The notes below the pieces were generated by a model. It had not been told where the DNA came from and did no database searches. It saw only the letters and a program-made list of their open reading frames with translations. Both the position numbers and the translations under genes were made by a program. 58,338 nucleotides of DNA from Octopus bimaculoides (taxonomy: Eukaryota), in assembly GCF_001194135.2 (NCBI RefSeq), contig NC_068981.1, positions 62,093,696 to 62,152,033 of the forward strand, read 5' to 3'. Every line of letters starts with the position of its first letter. Position 1 is the stretch's first letter. Below are positions 1-11,494 of this stretch, in pieces.

Positions 1-291
1 GTTGGTACTGCCGGGTTCAAAGGTGGTGGTAGTGGCAGCAGAGTTTGTTGAACAGGTGGTGGTGTCGGTGCTGACGGCCGATAAATTTGCGTCCTTGCTA
101 TTGTTGTTGTTGTTGTTGTTGTTGTTGTCGTTGTTGTTGTTGGTGGTGTTGGTGATGATGCCGTCAGCAGCAATGGTGCTTACGTCAGAGACATTTGTGA
201 CGGTTTTTACGCATGGTTTTGTAACCTTGGTTACAGTTTTGTTTTTGTTGTTGGTGTTGGTGGTGGTGACAGGGCTGTTAACAGTATCCAT
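1..291 (-). CDS. 5' part of a host protein-coding gene, Asn/Thr/Ser-rich N-terminus, continues beyond window start
   Basis: Minus frame is stop-free from 474 to 1. The first in-frame ATG (291-289) has gtcATGG context and gives MDTVNSPVTTTNTNNKNKTVTKVTKPCVKTVTNVSDVSTIAADGIITNTTNNNND...SKDANLSAVSTDTTTCSTNSAATTTTFEPGSTN. A strong acceptor (ctttctttttattgtgttttcaag|) puts the exon start at 540. No recognisable domain. Confidence 0.5.
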   Translation of the reverse strand, partial: MDTVNSPVTTTNTNNKNKTVTKVTKPCVKTVTNVSDVSTIAADGIITNTTNNNNDNNNNNNNNNSKDANLSAVSTDTTTCSTNSAATTTTFEPGSTN

Positions 292-670
292 GACGTTGAC
301 AACTTTGACTTTAGAATCTGTTGCTTCATTCTTTTTTTCGATGTCTGTTGTTGTTTTGGTGTGTGTGCGCGTGCATGACTTATTTTTTTGTTCTCCTAGC
401 GTCTCAAGTCTCGGAAAATGTTCGTTTATCAATGTTTCTGTCCAGCGTTCTATGACTATGTTTCTCGATATTTTTCAATGTCGAGAAGAAAATATATAAT
501 TTTTAAAAGGTTGAAACTGCCCCTAAGGGCCAATTCCTACCTTGAAAACACAATAAAAAGAAAGTTAGGTGCTTCACACACCTTATATACAAAAAATTCC
601 AACAAAATGCGGGCAATAAAAGGTCAAAAAGAGGTTTACCTCTGCAGCCGATGTGACAGCACGTCCGTCA

Positions 671-695
671 GATAGATAGATAGATAGATAGATAT

Positions 696-764
<69 letters not shown>

Positions 765-777
765 CAGATAGACAGAT
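671..777 (+). repeat. (GATA)n microsatellite
   Basis: Direct reading; a few GACA variants at the end. Confidence 0.98.
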
Positions 778-944
778 GGTTAGAGGGAAAGAGAGAGAGG
801 ATTATCCACCTTCTTATTCCCTATTTATTCATTTATTTAATTATTTTTTCCTTTACCGTTGTATGGGAATGGGTTGAAGGAAGGTGACCTCCTAAAAAAA
901 GAAACAAAAAACACAGGTACGATTTGGTCATCACTGAAAGTCTT

Positions 945-1035
945 TTTGCTTTCTTTCTCTGTCTCTTCTTTTTTCCTCTTCCCTCTTTCTCTTCTTTCCT
1001 TTTTCCTTTCTTTTTCCTTCTTTCCTTTTCTCCTC
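945..1035 (+). repeat. Polypyrimidine (T/C) low-complexity tract
   Basis: Nearly pure T/C; explains the K/E/R-rich minus ORF 837-1073. Confidence 0.85.
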
Positions 1036-1664
1036 AGAGTTATATTTAGAATACACCCCTTCCAAACATTCATTTTTGGAGGGAATATTTTGATAAAGTG
1101 TAGTTAAAAGGTACTGTCTCTCCTTTTCTTTCAAACATTCAACTCTGGGGAGAATGTTTTGATGAAATGTAGTTCCATTGATTTTCAGTATTGTGGATCG
1201 TCTCATGCATATTTTAAAAGGGGGGAAAATTGAATTTTCTACGTCGCATATTATATATATATATATAGATGCATATACGGCTACAGGACATCACTGACGG
1301 CGCAAATAATATGAAATGCGTAATCAAACTTTCATGTGTGCACGAAGTTGGTCCCAATATGGTCTCAATTTTACTCAAATCTTTCAACTGAGGAGAAGCA
1401 ACACTGACACCAGGTTCTGATGCTTTGTTTTCCTAGGAAGAAAAGGGAATGTTGCATCGCTTCAGATTGTCTTTAATTTGTCTTTGGACCATAAGAGTGG
1501 TTTTCCAACTGACCATTCTATTCAGAATTAGCTAAAAAGAAGTTGCTTCGGAATTCTTATATCACTAATTAATGAGAGATGGCGTGATTATCTAAGCTGT
1601 ATTTTGATGAGAATGGCTCCAATATTTGATATATTGAAGATTAGTACCTCGTTGTTATGAACAT

Positions 1665-2725
1665 GGTCATACAGTTTTATTTTGGAGAAAGTACGCAAGC
1701 ATCACATATGGAAAACGTAAAGCTGGTTGATATGCTTTCGGTAAAGATTCCAAGATTCAACACTATACAGCAACGTTGACTACAGGCCACCGACTTATAT
1801 AGTTCGATTTTCACCTTCAACATTACGCCGTGGCTGTTCCAAAGCCTGTGATAAATCTTACCGAAACCGGAGTTTACCTTTCTGATTCTGGACACAATTT
1901 CTTTATCCAACTTATCATCAATGGAAACAATGTAACCGTGATAAGTGAAGGAGGAACAACATGCAGAGTAGAGGCAACAGCGGGAAGATGGTCATGAATG
2001 GGCTGATAGACAACCTCAGTTTTCTTGATGCTGATGGTCAGACGAAAAGCCTTATATGCACACGAGAAGTTGTTTAGCATCCACTGCATGTCCTCAAGAG
2101 TGTCTGCACAATTGTCTGTAAAATGCAAATCTCGAACTGTTTACACCAATGCCTTAGGTCTTGCTTTGAAACTTTGTTGGTTGAACAAGTCACCACCATT
2201 GCTGTACTCAGACTTTATACTTTTTTAAGCCCTCGAACACTCTTTCTATCATGACAGAGAAATACAAAGCAAATAAGAGCAGTGCAAAAACACAGCCCTG
2301 TTTTGTTCCATTTGAGACTGTGAATGAATCTGACATTTGGCTGTTAGATCTGACAGAAGCCATCAGCCCTTGATGGAAAGAAATGACGACTTTGAGCAAC
2401 TTTTCGGGAACACCTTGATTTCTAAGGACAATCCAAAGATAGAGAGAGTGTCGAAAGCTTTATTTAGATCTACAAAAGTGAGCAAATGTTCTGGATTGTG
2501 CTCACGAGCCCTCTTCTGCTGCTGCTTTAGAATAAATGCATATCCATTATCCTTCTACCAGCCCGATATCTACATTGAGATTCAGGAACCTCTAAGCTGG
2601 CAAAAGCATCATTTAGTCTGTTTAAGATAACACTTCCAAGGATCTTCCCGGCAACACAAACAGGGATATACCTCTATGGTGGTCACTCCTTTCGAAATTT
2701 TGGAAAACGGGTACTACTTTTCAGA
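1665..2725 (-). mobile_element. RTE-clade LINE, degenerate RT fragment
   Basis: Across frameshifts: HRGISL, PESQC, TFVDLNKAFDT, SNGTKQGCVFALLLFALYF, LTISIKKTEVVYQP, DKEIVSRIRKVNSGFGKIYHRLW...LKVKIELYKSV. These follow RTE RT motif order. Confidence 0.85.
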
Positions 2726-4126
2726 AAAGCAGAAAAAAAGTAGAAATACAGATTGACTTTAGAACGGAAATCAGCAGGCAAGGTAATATCATTAAATTAT
2801 AACGCCTGGAATTTTAGATCGGAAGAAAATATGTGATTTCTTTAAAATATCAATTCTCATCTAAGAACACATTAGTATGAACCAACAATTTATGCATTAG
2901 TAAAATCTGCTCTATTTTAAATCCTAATGACAATTTTCTCTTAGTGTTTTAAATCAGTTGAGTCAGAACGAATTTATGTCTATAAAATATATTATAAAAA
3001 TTTACTTTGAATATTTGCGCGGCGCTGGGATATGTGTAAATATACATTTCGCCTAAACTAAACTAATGCAAATGCTTATTGCTAATGGAGGTGAATTTTT
3101 ATAAATATAAATATTAAATTATATATACATATGTATATATATATGTATATATGTATATATGTGTCTATATGTGTTTGTGTATATGAGTGTATGTATATAG
3201 GTGCTTATGTATATATGTATATAATGATATGTACATATAAATATATATAAATATACATACACATATATCCATATATATGCATTGTATGTATAAATATTGT
3301 ATATAGATTAGTATATATGTTTCTATGTTACTTAGAGAAATATATTATATTACTGTCATATTTTCACTCATTATTATGCTAGAAAAAAAAATCTGATTGA
3401 AACTCCTAACAAAGCAGTAACTTTAACTCGGTACGTTCGATTAATATTATCCTATATGCTTAATATAGCATTTAAAATATGCTAACACTTGTTTATTTGA
3501 ATCAGTGTTAGACTATCAGAAAAGAAAATTCGTGTGCCATTTCCAGTCTTTGTTTTATTCATTTACTCAGTAGAGTTTTCTAGCAGCATTTAAAGCTTCA
3601 GTTAAATTCTGTAAAGTGAATTTTTTTTGTCAAAATCATGGGTTCAAAACTATTATATTGATGATAAACTTCATCTTTCCATATTTACTAGATTATTTAC
3701 ATCTGAGAATGAATGTGTAGAGAACTGACGTGTAACAAAGTACATGAAATGAGTGGAATGGTGACTGATATATGTTATTGATGCAGATTTGCATACATCT
3801 CAAGTAACATCCATGCTAAAAGTTAATAAATACTGATCAATACAAAGAAAATCCTATCTACATCAGCGTATTAGTCTAACCTCTGGAACATCTCTAGAGA
3901 TAAAAGAAAGTGTTTATTTTAGTTTCATACACAGTAAATTGTCAATAAAAAAAATGAGAATTTACGAACAAATATGATTTTACTTGAAGGTTTTTCACTT
4001 GGCCACCTATAACGTCTCATGAATAAATGAGCATCGGTATCTAAGATATTTGGAGATGACTTTAGTGTTAGGGAAGACATATTCCAATCTCATTCACGTA
4101 GCTCTCTTTATTAATTATCAACTTAC

Positions 4127-4218
4127 CTTTACAGGGTTTCAAGCATCTACTTTTTTGTCACTGCTTGTATTCATCAACAGGGCTGCTCTATCTTAGGTCT
4201 GCAGGTTAGAAATCCTCG
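4127..4218 (-). other. Candidate non-coding (5' UTR) exon, 92 nt
   Basis: Acceptor cctttgtttttcag| and donor AAG|GTAAGT are both consensus. Stops occur in all three frames; two short uORFs. Confidence 0.5.
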
Positions 4219-4780
4219 CTGAAAAACAAAGGCAAATCTAATGTGATAAGAAATAATTTGATCTTCCTCAATGGATAAGATTTTTGAAATGATACGCGTA
4301 AATGAGAAAAAAAAAACATTAAAACGTCGAAAATATATTGTCTCAATTAATTAATTGTTGCTTTTAATGGTACTGGATAACAACAGGTAATAAAGTTTTA
4401 TGCTTTGCCATTGATTTAAATAATGCAAACAGACCCTGCGACAAACTGGGCATAAATAATTCAATAGAAGTGTTCAAATACAATAAACTAGACATCGATT
4501 AACTTATTTTTGGCATTTATCACATACATAATAAAAGGAAAACTAAATATATGTTTTGTTTTTTTGTTTTTAATTCAGTGCTGCTTTATTTCAATATATT
4601 AGAAACAACAGAAGTACATACATGTATATGTACATATTAATTCGTAAGTACATATGCGCACACTAACACAAATAGACAAATATACACACACATTTTTAAA
4701 AAAAGGTTATTGTAAGGAAAATGGGCATCACGATAGATAGCAATATGTGCCATATGAATGCACCTCAACACCGCACAGAC

Positions 4781-4808
4781 CGGGCCGAAGGTCGGCAGGC
4801 CCGCTAGT
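4781..4808 (+). mobile_element. Helitron-like 3' terminus
   Basis: GC-rich hairpin (gccga-agg-tcggc) followed by CTAG|T at 4804-4808. No 5' end located. Confidence 0.45.
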
Positions 4809-4813
4809 ATATG

Positions 4814-4819
4814 TGTGTA

Positions 4820-4850
<31 letters not shown>

Positions 4851-4959
4851 GTGAGTGTGTGTATGTGTGTGTGTGTGTGTATCTGTGTATGTGTGTGTGT
4901 GTGTCTGTCTGTCTGTGTGTGTATGTGCGTGTGTTTATATATATATATATATATATATA
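4814..4959 (+). repeat. (TG)n followed by (TA)n compound microsatellite
   Basis: Direct reading. Confidence 0.95.
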
Positions 4960-4961
4960 AA

Positions 4962-5560
4962 CAGGGTGAATAAGCTGTTATCTAAATTACGTAAAAAATG
5001 AAAATAAGACACATTTTAACAGATATATTTACGAAAATAATATAAATATATCTTGAAATAATAAAGAGTAAATCCAGTTAATATAATTGCCATTTGCTTC
5101 AATCATACCCTCTAGACGACATCGGAATCTCCTACAACTCTACGGAACGGTCCCCTTGTTTAAGTTGGTGTATGCTGCCACAATCCTTGCCTTCAGTTCT
5201 TTTTGGGTATTACAGGGAGTGTTGTTGGTTTCCCGCTCAACTGCGCCGCACACATAATAATTGAGTGGATGCAGCCTGGTGAGTTAGGTGGCTAGATGTT
5301 AGGGATGACGTGATCGAATAAATTGTCTGGCAGCCCTGACTGGGTTCTCCTGCTTATGTGGCATGGTGCAGAGTCCTGTTGCCAGACATAGTCTTCCAAC
5401 GGACTCTGTATTGACCAAATGCAGCACTACCCCCTTCAAGCAGTTGATGTAGGCTTCCCTATTGTGTTTGAGGCCATATGGGAGGATAGATGAAGGTATA
5501 ACGTCGCCATCACTACTTATCACTCAAATACACCATGATGTTGAATGGATATTTGATTTT
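4962..5560 (-). mobile_element. Tc1/mariner DD37D (maT-type) transposon, 3' half, degenerate
   Basis: ISSDGDVIPS..YGLKHNREAYINCLK, then WQQDSAPCHISRRTQS...PPNSPGC(N)PL. Spacing to the third acidic position is 37 residues. CAGGGTG terminus at 4962. Confidence 0.75.
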
Positions 5561-5815
5561 TATCTCTCTCAGTATATATCCTCAGATTACACTATCCTCA
5601 GATGGACACCTAAACACTATGAACTTTTTGTATTAGAGCTTCTGGCGCGAATGCCAAGCAGTACAGCATATCGCTTCCAAATCCCTGGTAAAGTGAACTG
5701 TGTCATGGTACTGTTTCTCTTACAGACTGTGCCCAACTAATCCTACTGACCCTACTATAGTCGGGAAAATAAAAACAAACAATTCACATACGCGAAATAA
5801 AAAAATATAAAATGG

Positions 5816-5850
<35 letters not shown>

Positions 5851-6554
5851 NNNNNNNNNNNNNNNNNNNNNNNNNNNNNNNNNNNNNNNNNNNNNNNNNN
5901 NNNNNNNNNNNNNNNNNNNNNNNNNNNNNNNNNNNNNNNNNNNNNNNNNNNNNNNNNNNNNNNNNNNNNNNNNNNNNNNNNNNNNNNNNNNNNNNNNNNN
6001 NNNNNNNNNNNNNNNNNNNNNNNNNNNNNNNNNNNNNNNNNNNNNNNNNNNNNNNNNNNNNNNNNNNNNNNNNNNNNNNNNNNNNNNNNNNNNNNNNNNN
6101 NNNNNNNNNNNNNNNNNNNNNNNNNNNNNNNNNNNNNNNNNNNNNNNNNNNNNNNNNNNNNNNNNNNNNNNNNNNNNNNNNNNNNNNNNNNNNNNNNNNN
6201 NNNNNNNNNNNNNNNNNNNNNNNNNNNNNNNNNNNNNNNNNNNNNNNNNNNNNNNNNNNNNNNNNNNNNNNNNNNNNNNNNNNNNNNNNNNNNNNNNNNN
6301 NNNNNNNNNNNNNNNNNNNNNNNNNNNNNNNNNNNNNNNNNNNNNNNNNNNNNNNNNNNNNNNNNNNNNNNNNNNNNNNNNNNNNNNNNNNNNNNNNNNN
6401 NNNNNNNNNNNNNNNNNNNNNNNNNNNNNNNNNNNNNNNNNNNNNNNNNNNNNNNNNNNNNNNNNNNNNNNNNNNNNNNNNNNNNNNNNNNNNNNNNNNN
6501 NNNNNNNTATATATATATATATATATACATGTATGTATATGGAGACATAGACAG

Positions 6555-6830
6555 AATAGTTACAGTGCGGCGATGCTGGGGCATCGCCTTGCATTTGTTT
6601 TTAGTGGAGTCAATGAAGTGACTAAAGTGCTTGATTTATGAAGCCTGCTACTTATTCCAGCAGTCTCTTTTTCATAGACGCTATGTTAATGGGAGGGAAA
6701 GACACCAACAGCGGTTGGTAAGCGGTGGCAGGGGGAAAACACAAACACACACATAGTTATATACCTATACAACGGGCTTCTTTCAGTTTCCGTCTACCAA
6801 TTTGACTCATAAGATTTTGGTATGTTTCTG
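6555..6830 (-). mobile_element. SINE family C fragment (same family as 40645-41015)
   Basis: Shares acgggcttctttcagtttccgtctacca and tgcggc.atgctggggca.cgcc with the 40.6-41.0 kb copy. Confidence 0.75.
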
Positions 6831-7059
6831 TATTTCCATACGCGTTAGTGGGTGCCGGGCTTGGCGCAAAATGACCGAATAGCACAAACCGCTCCTTTGC
6901 TATCAGAAGATCCTGAGTTTGATCATGCTGAATGGCAACTTGGACAATTGCTACTTTCTACACTCGGGGTCTGTCACATAGTTATTAAATGAAAATGGAT
7001 AGATAGAAGGCAGTAAGATGGAGAGAGCCTTGTCAAACACAGTGTGAAGCTGATATTCT

Positions 7060-7200
7060 TTTCTACCCTAGGTACAAGGCCCGAAATTTGAGGGGAGGGT
7101 GCTTAATCAACTAGATGACTCCAGTAGGCAACTAGTACTTTATTTATCGAACCCAAAAGGATGAAAGGCAAAGTCGACCTCGGTGGATTGTCAAGCTGAT
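7060..7200 (-). mobile_element. SINE family A, core plus tail B fragment
   Basis: aaaggatgaaaggcaaagtcgacctcggtgga core and ctaggtacaaggcccgaaattt tail, as in 17640-18233. Confidence 0.8.
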
Positions 7201-8128
7201 ATTACATAAGACCGTATTGTGGACTTTATAACATAACATGCGACATATTTCCGGAATGCTCAGCCAATTTGTAATTTAGGAGCAAGTAATTCATATTAAC
7301 AAATACTAGCTACAGTATCCTCGATAACTACCAAAATTACACACACACGTGCACACAACCGCACATACATACATGAATCATTTTAATTGCCCGTATTTTT
7401 TACATAATAATTTTAATTTATATTAGCCAAAATGTTGAGTTATAAAAAGTCATGTAATTTATAAAGTCGCCAGAAAATATCTTTTGAACATTAATGTCAT
7501 TTTATTTCGTTCTTAATTTCCTCATTTTATCTCTCTTCGATCTATAAAGAATTCGGATTACAGTATTGGCGTTACTCAAACGAAAAAATTCTTCATGTTT
7601 CGCAAATGCTAGAGAGTATTATTACATANNNNNNNNNNNNNNNNNNNNNNNNNNNNNNNNNNNNNNNNNNNNNNNNNNNNNNNNNNNNNNNNNNNNNNNN
7701 NNNNNNNNNNNNNNNNNNNNNNNNNNNNNNNNNNNNNNNNNNNNNNNNNNNNNNNNNNNNNNNNNNNNNNNNNNNNNNNNNNNNNNNNNNNNNNNNNNNN
7801 NNNNNNNNNNNNNNNNNNNNNNNNNNNNNNNNNNNNNNNNNNNNNNNNNNNNNNNNNNNNNNNNNNNNNNNNNNNNNNNNNNNNNNNNNNNNNNNNNNNN
7901 NNNNNNNNNNNNNNNNNNNNNNNNNNNNNNNNNNNNNNNNNNNNNNNATATACATACATACATACAAGGTACAGCTGCAATATGGTTCAGTTTTCTATTC
8001 CTTTCGTAGTTTATTGTGTAACTCCTCGGAATTATCCGGCCTTACGCGTGTACGCGTGTGTTCGCGTGTACGCGTGTGTGCGTGTGTATGTGTGTGTTTG
8101 ACAGTGTAAACATACGCACATATATATA

Positions 8129-9212
8129 CAGAGACATGACAGAAGTAAATAGATACACCATAAAACATTGTTGTATGTTTATTCTAACTTGTAAATATTT
8201 GTCTTTGATTAATTGATATTTTTATGTTTCAGGTTCTATATGTGACTGTTTAATCATGACACGTAAAAAAGAAGCCTTGGAACTGACTGAATTTCAAAGA
8301 AGTCATATTGTGGGTCATTCCGAAGGTCGACATAGCATAACATCGCAGAAAACCTTGGAATCCCACTTTCTACAGTTAATAGAGTGATTGTGCAATTCAC
8401 CAGAGAGGGGAAGGAACTACATCATTTAGCCCACATCAAACAGGGCCCTCTGACATAGCAGAACAAGTTGATGTCAGTCCCAGAACAGCTTTCAATTATC
8501 TCCAGAAACTTGGTTACTATGGCAGAGCAGAAAGAAGGAAGCCACTTCTTCAACCAGCCAACATCAAGCGGAGAACAAATCGGGCCAGTGTGATGTTGGA
8601 GAGACCACTATCATTTTGGGACACTATCATATTCTCTGATGAGTTCAAATTTGCTGTATTTCCTAGCAGTGGTCGAGCGTGGGTCTGGAGACTCTGTGAT
8701 CAAGAATTTAATGTGAAAAGATTGCAGCCAACAATGAAATTCGCCAGCTATTCTGTGATGGTATGGGGAGCAATTTGGAGCAATGGTTGATCAGAGCTGG
8801 TGGAGTGTGAGGGAAACATAAACTCAGATACAAATGTGTCCATATTGTAGAAAGGACTACTTGCAATCTTTTCTAGTGGTGAAATGGTTAAAAAAGACTC
8901 TTTATTTACGGAAAATAGGGCTCCTTGTANNNNNNNNNNAGACTTCATAAAGAGAACAAGAAAGAATCTTGAAAACCAGATCTTTTTAAATTACTGCATG
9001 AATCTTGACAAGAAATTCTGCAAGAAAATATTCGCCATCTGATCGCCAACATGCCTAATAGTGTTTTTGCATTGAAAAAGAAAAAAGGGCATGTGTACTA
9101 CATATTCAATATTCACATTTTAACAATTAATAAATAATTTGAATGCATAATTTCAGATTTAAATAAATGTTAATGCTTATAAGGGTTCTATTTGCTTCTG
9201 TCATGTTTGTTT
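8129..9212 (+). mobile_element. Tc1-like transposon with TIRs, degenerate and internally deleted
   Basis: TA|CAGAGACATGACAGAAGTAAATAGA (8129) is inverted at ~9184-9212. ATG 8256 gives MTRKKEALELTEFQRSHIVG; later RKPLL, IIFSDEFKF, SVMVWGAI. Contains a 10-nt gap. Confidence 0.85.
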
Positions 9213-9229
9213 ATATTCTTATATTAATG

Positions 9230-9525
9230 TATACACACACAAGCATATACACACACACATATATATACGTGTATGTATGTATGTATGTATGTATGTATGT
9301 ATGTATGTCGGTATGCATATATGTATGTATGTATGTATGTATGTATATATACACACATATTTATATATACATGCTTAACAAGCAAGGTAGAAAAGTTTTG
9401 TAAGCGATGGAATTACTAACTATGCTCAACAATAACTATATATGTTTGTGTGTGTGTGCGAGTGCGTGCGGTTGTGTGTTTGTGTGTATCTATATATCTA
9501 TCTAGGTATACATATAGATACATAA

Positions 9526-9572
<47 letters not shown>

Positions 9573-9770
9573 CAGACACTCACACACATACACACACACA
9601 CGCACCCACATATGTATACACTTTTATCCTAAATTACAGGGATAGTTTGTTGGTGAGTGAGTGAGTGAGTGAGTGATTAAGTCAATCAATCAGTCAGTCA
9701 GTCAGGCAGTCAGTCAGGCAATTAGTTATTTAGTTCGTTCGTTAGTTAGTTAGTTAGTTGGTCTATATTC
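9230..9770. repeat. Compound microsatellite cluster: (ATGT)n, (GATA)n, (CA)n, (GAGT/CAGT/TAGT)n
   Basis: Direct reading. Confidence 0.9.
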
Positions 9771-10362
9771 TGCTAAGAACGTCGTACAGGAAATAATTCG
9801 TCCACCTTCAGATTTTGCCCAGCGCAAATAAAGTCCGCGGGAGGTATAAAATCACTTCCAGGAACAATAGCGTTTTATTGACGTAGGTACTAATAGTGGT
9901 ACTGAAAGAAGTCAACCTGCAATCCGCATTAAAGACGTAAAGCTCCTAGATATTCGAATGGACCTTAACACATGAAAATGTTCATGCTACCACGAACTAA
10001 ACACGTAAACATTTTACGAGATGTGGCAACTCTGCGCCATCTGTTTGCAAGATTTTTATTTGCAGTCGAAATATAGGTATTCTAGAAAAAATTGTCTTCC
10101 ACAATAGAGTTTTCTTTGCTTGATCTTAACAAATATACTGGGTGTATTTGCACGTATTAGAACTTTTGCAAACGGAATTCTATTTTGTTGAGTCTTACTT
10201 AGGCAACACTTAGAAAACAGACTAAGCATTTTACCGTAATATTGGTGCAGTGTCTTAGATTCCCCACCATAGAGGAGAGACGGATGAATCAGAGAAGTGT
10301 CACTAATAACTCCAGTGTCTCTGTGAATATGTGCACTACTCCATAAACTATGTTGCACTCAC

Positions 10363-10390
10363 CCGAAAATCTGTGATGAGTTTTCATCGA
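10363..10390 (-). other. Candidate 28-nt mini-exon
   Basis: Acceptor ctttattcgcttgtcttcaaatccttacatag| and donor CGG|GTGAGT. Splice signals are the only support. Confidence 0.3.
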
Positions 10391-11162
10391 CTATGTAAGG
10401 ATTTGAAGACAAGCGAATAAAGATTATTCAGAATTGTCAGTCTTGAGTTGATTTGACTGATCATATGTAATTGGACAAGAACTCAAGTGTCATTCTAGTA
10501 CTGAATATGACATAATCGATTATTCTAATGCCGATAAAATAATCCAAATTCTTTCGACATTTTGTGTGAATGGATCAAAGGTCACCAAAGGAGATCTACA
10601 TTTCGCTTGTTCTTGTACATGAGAAAAACAAATAAAGTCAGTATAAATGGTGCGATTTTAGAAGGAAGAGCTGTAAGACAGTAGTATTTGAAGCAAAATT
10701 CCATCTCTAGAAGTTCTTTGCTCCAATTTGGGATAATAATAATAAAATAAAATCCACTGAAATAACATTTGGCTATCTGTTGATATAAAACATCATTATT
10801 ATACCGGTAGAATAGGAAGAAAAGTAAAACAGTGCTGCAGTGGATCATAGTCAATTTAGATCGTTGGCTTAGTCTGTTGGAAACGGCTCTAGGAATTACA
10901 CTTACAAACAGTCAATGAGACCAATCAGATTGCAGATTTTGATAGTTCTCTTGTAAAGTTGAAAGATGAAGGGTTATAGGGCGATATCTTCCGCAAGATA
11001 GAGAGAATATAAGCTGCTAATGCTCTGGGAAGTGCTTTGTATAACATGGGTGATGAAGAAAATAAAGCAATACAATTTGTAAGAGAATATAGGAGTGTGC
11101 CAGGAGCACATGAATAGACTATGGATACATCAAACTGGATAGAAGTCAAATAGTAGTCATAT

Positions 11163-11494
11163 GGCGGCGAGCTGGCAGAAACGTTAGCGCACCGGACGAA
11201 ATGCTTAGCGGTATTTCGTCTGCCGTTACGTTTTGAGTTCAAATTCCGCCGAAGTCGACTTTTCTTTTCATCCTTTCGGAGTCGATAAATAAAGTACCAG
11301 TTACGCACTNNNNNNNNNNCTGCCGTTACGTTTTGAGTTCAAATTCCGCCGAAGTCGACTTTTCTTTTCATCCTTTCGGAGTCGATAAATAAAGTACCAG
11401 TTACGCACTGGGGTCGATGTAATCGACTTAATCCCTTTGTCTGTCTTTGTTTGTCCCCTCTATGTTTAGCCCCTTCTGGGCAATAAAGAAATAA
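11163..11494 (+). mobile_element. tRNA-derived SINE family A, full length, tail A
   Basis: A-box-like tggcagaaacgttag, B-box-like gagttcaaattcc, core ttttcatcctttcggagtcgataaataaagtaccag, tail ttgtcccctctatgtttagccccttctgggcaataaagaaataa. A 90-bp segment is duplicated across the 10-N gap. Confidence 0.9.

Noticed and set aside
2-499. 165-aa Val/Leu-rich + strand ORF
   Set aside because: Antisense shadow of the Asn/Thr-rich minus frame; no Met start, and its hydrophobicity comes from (TTG)n/(GTG)n.
11220-11409. 90-bp tandem duplication inside a SINE
   Set aside because: Identical copies flank a 10-N gap, typical of an unmerged contig overlap.
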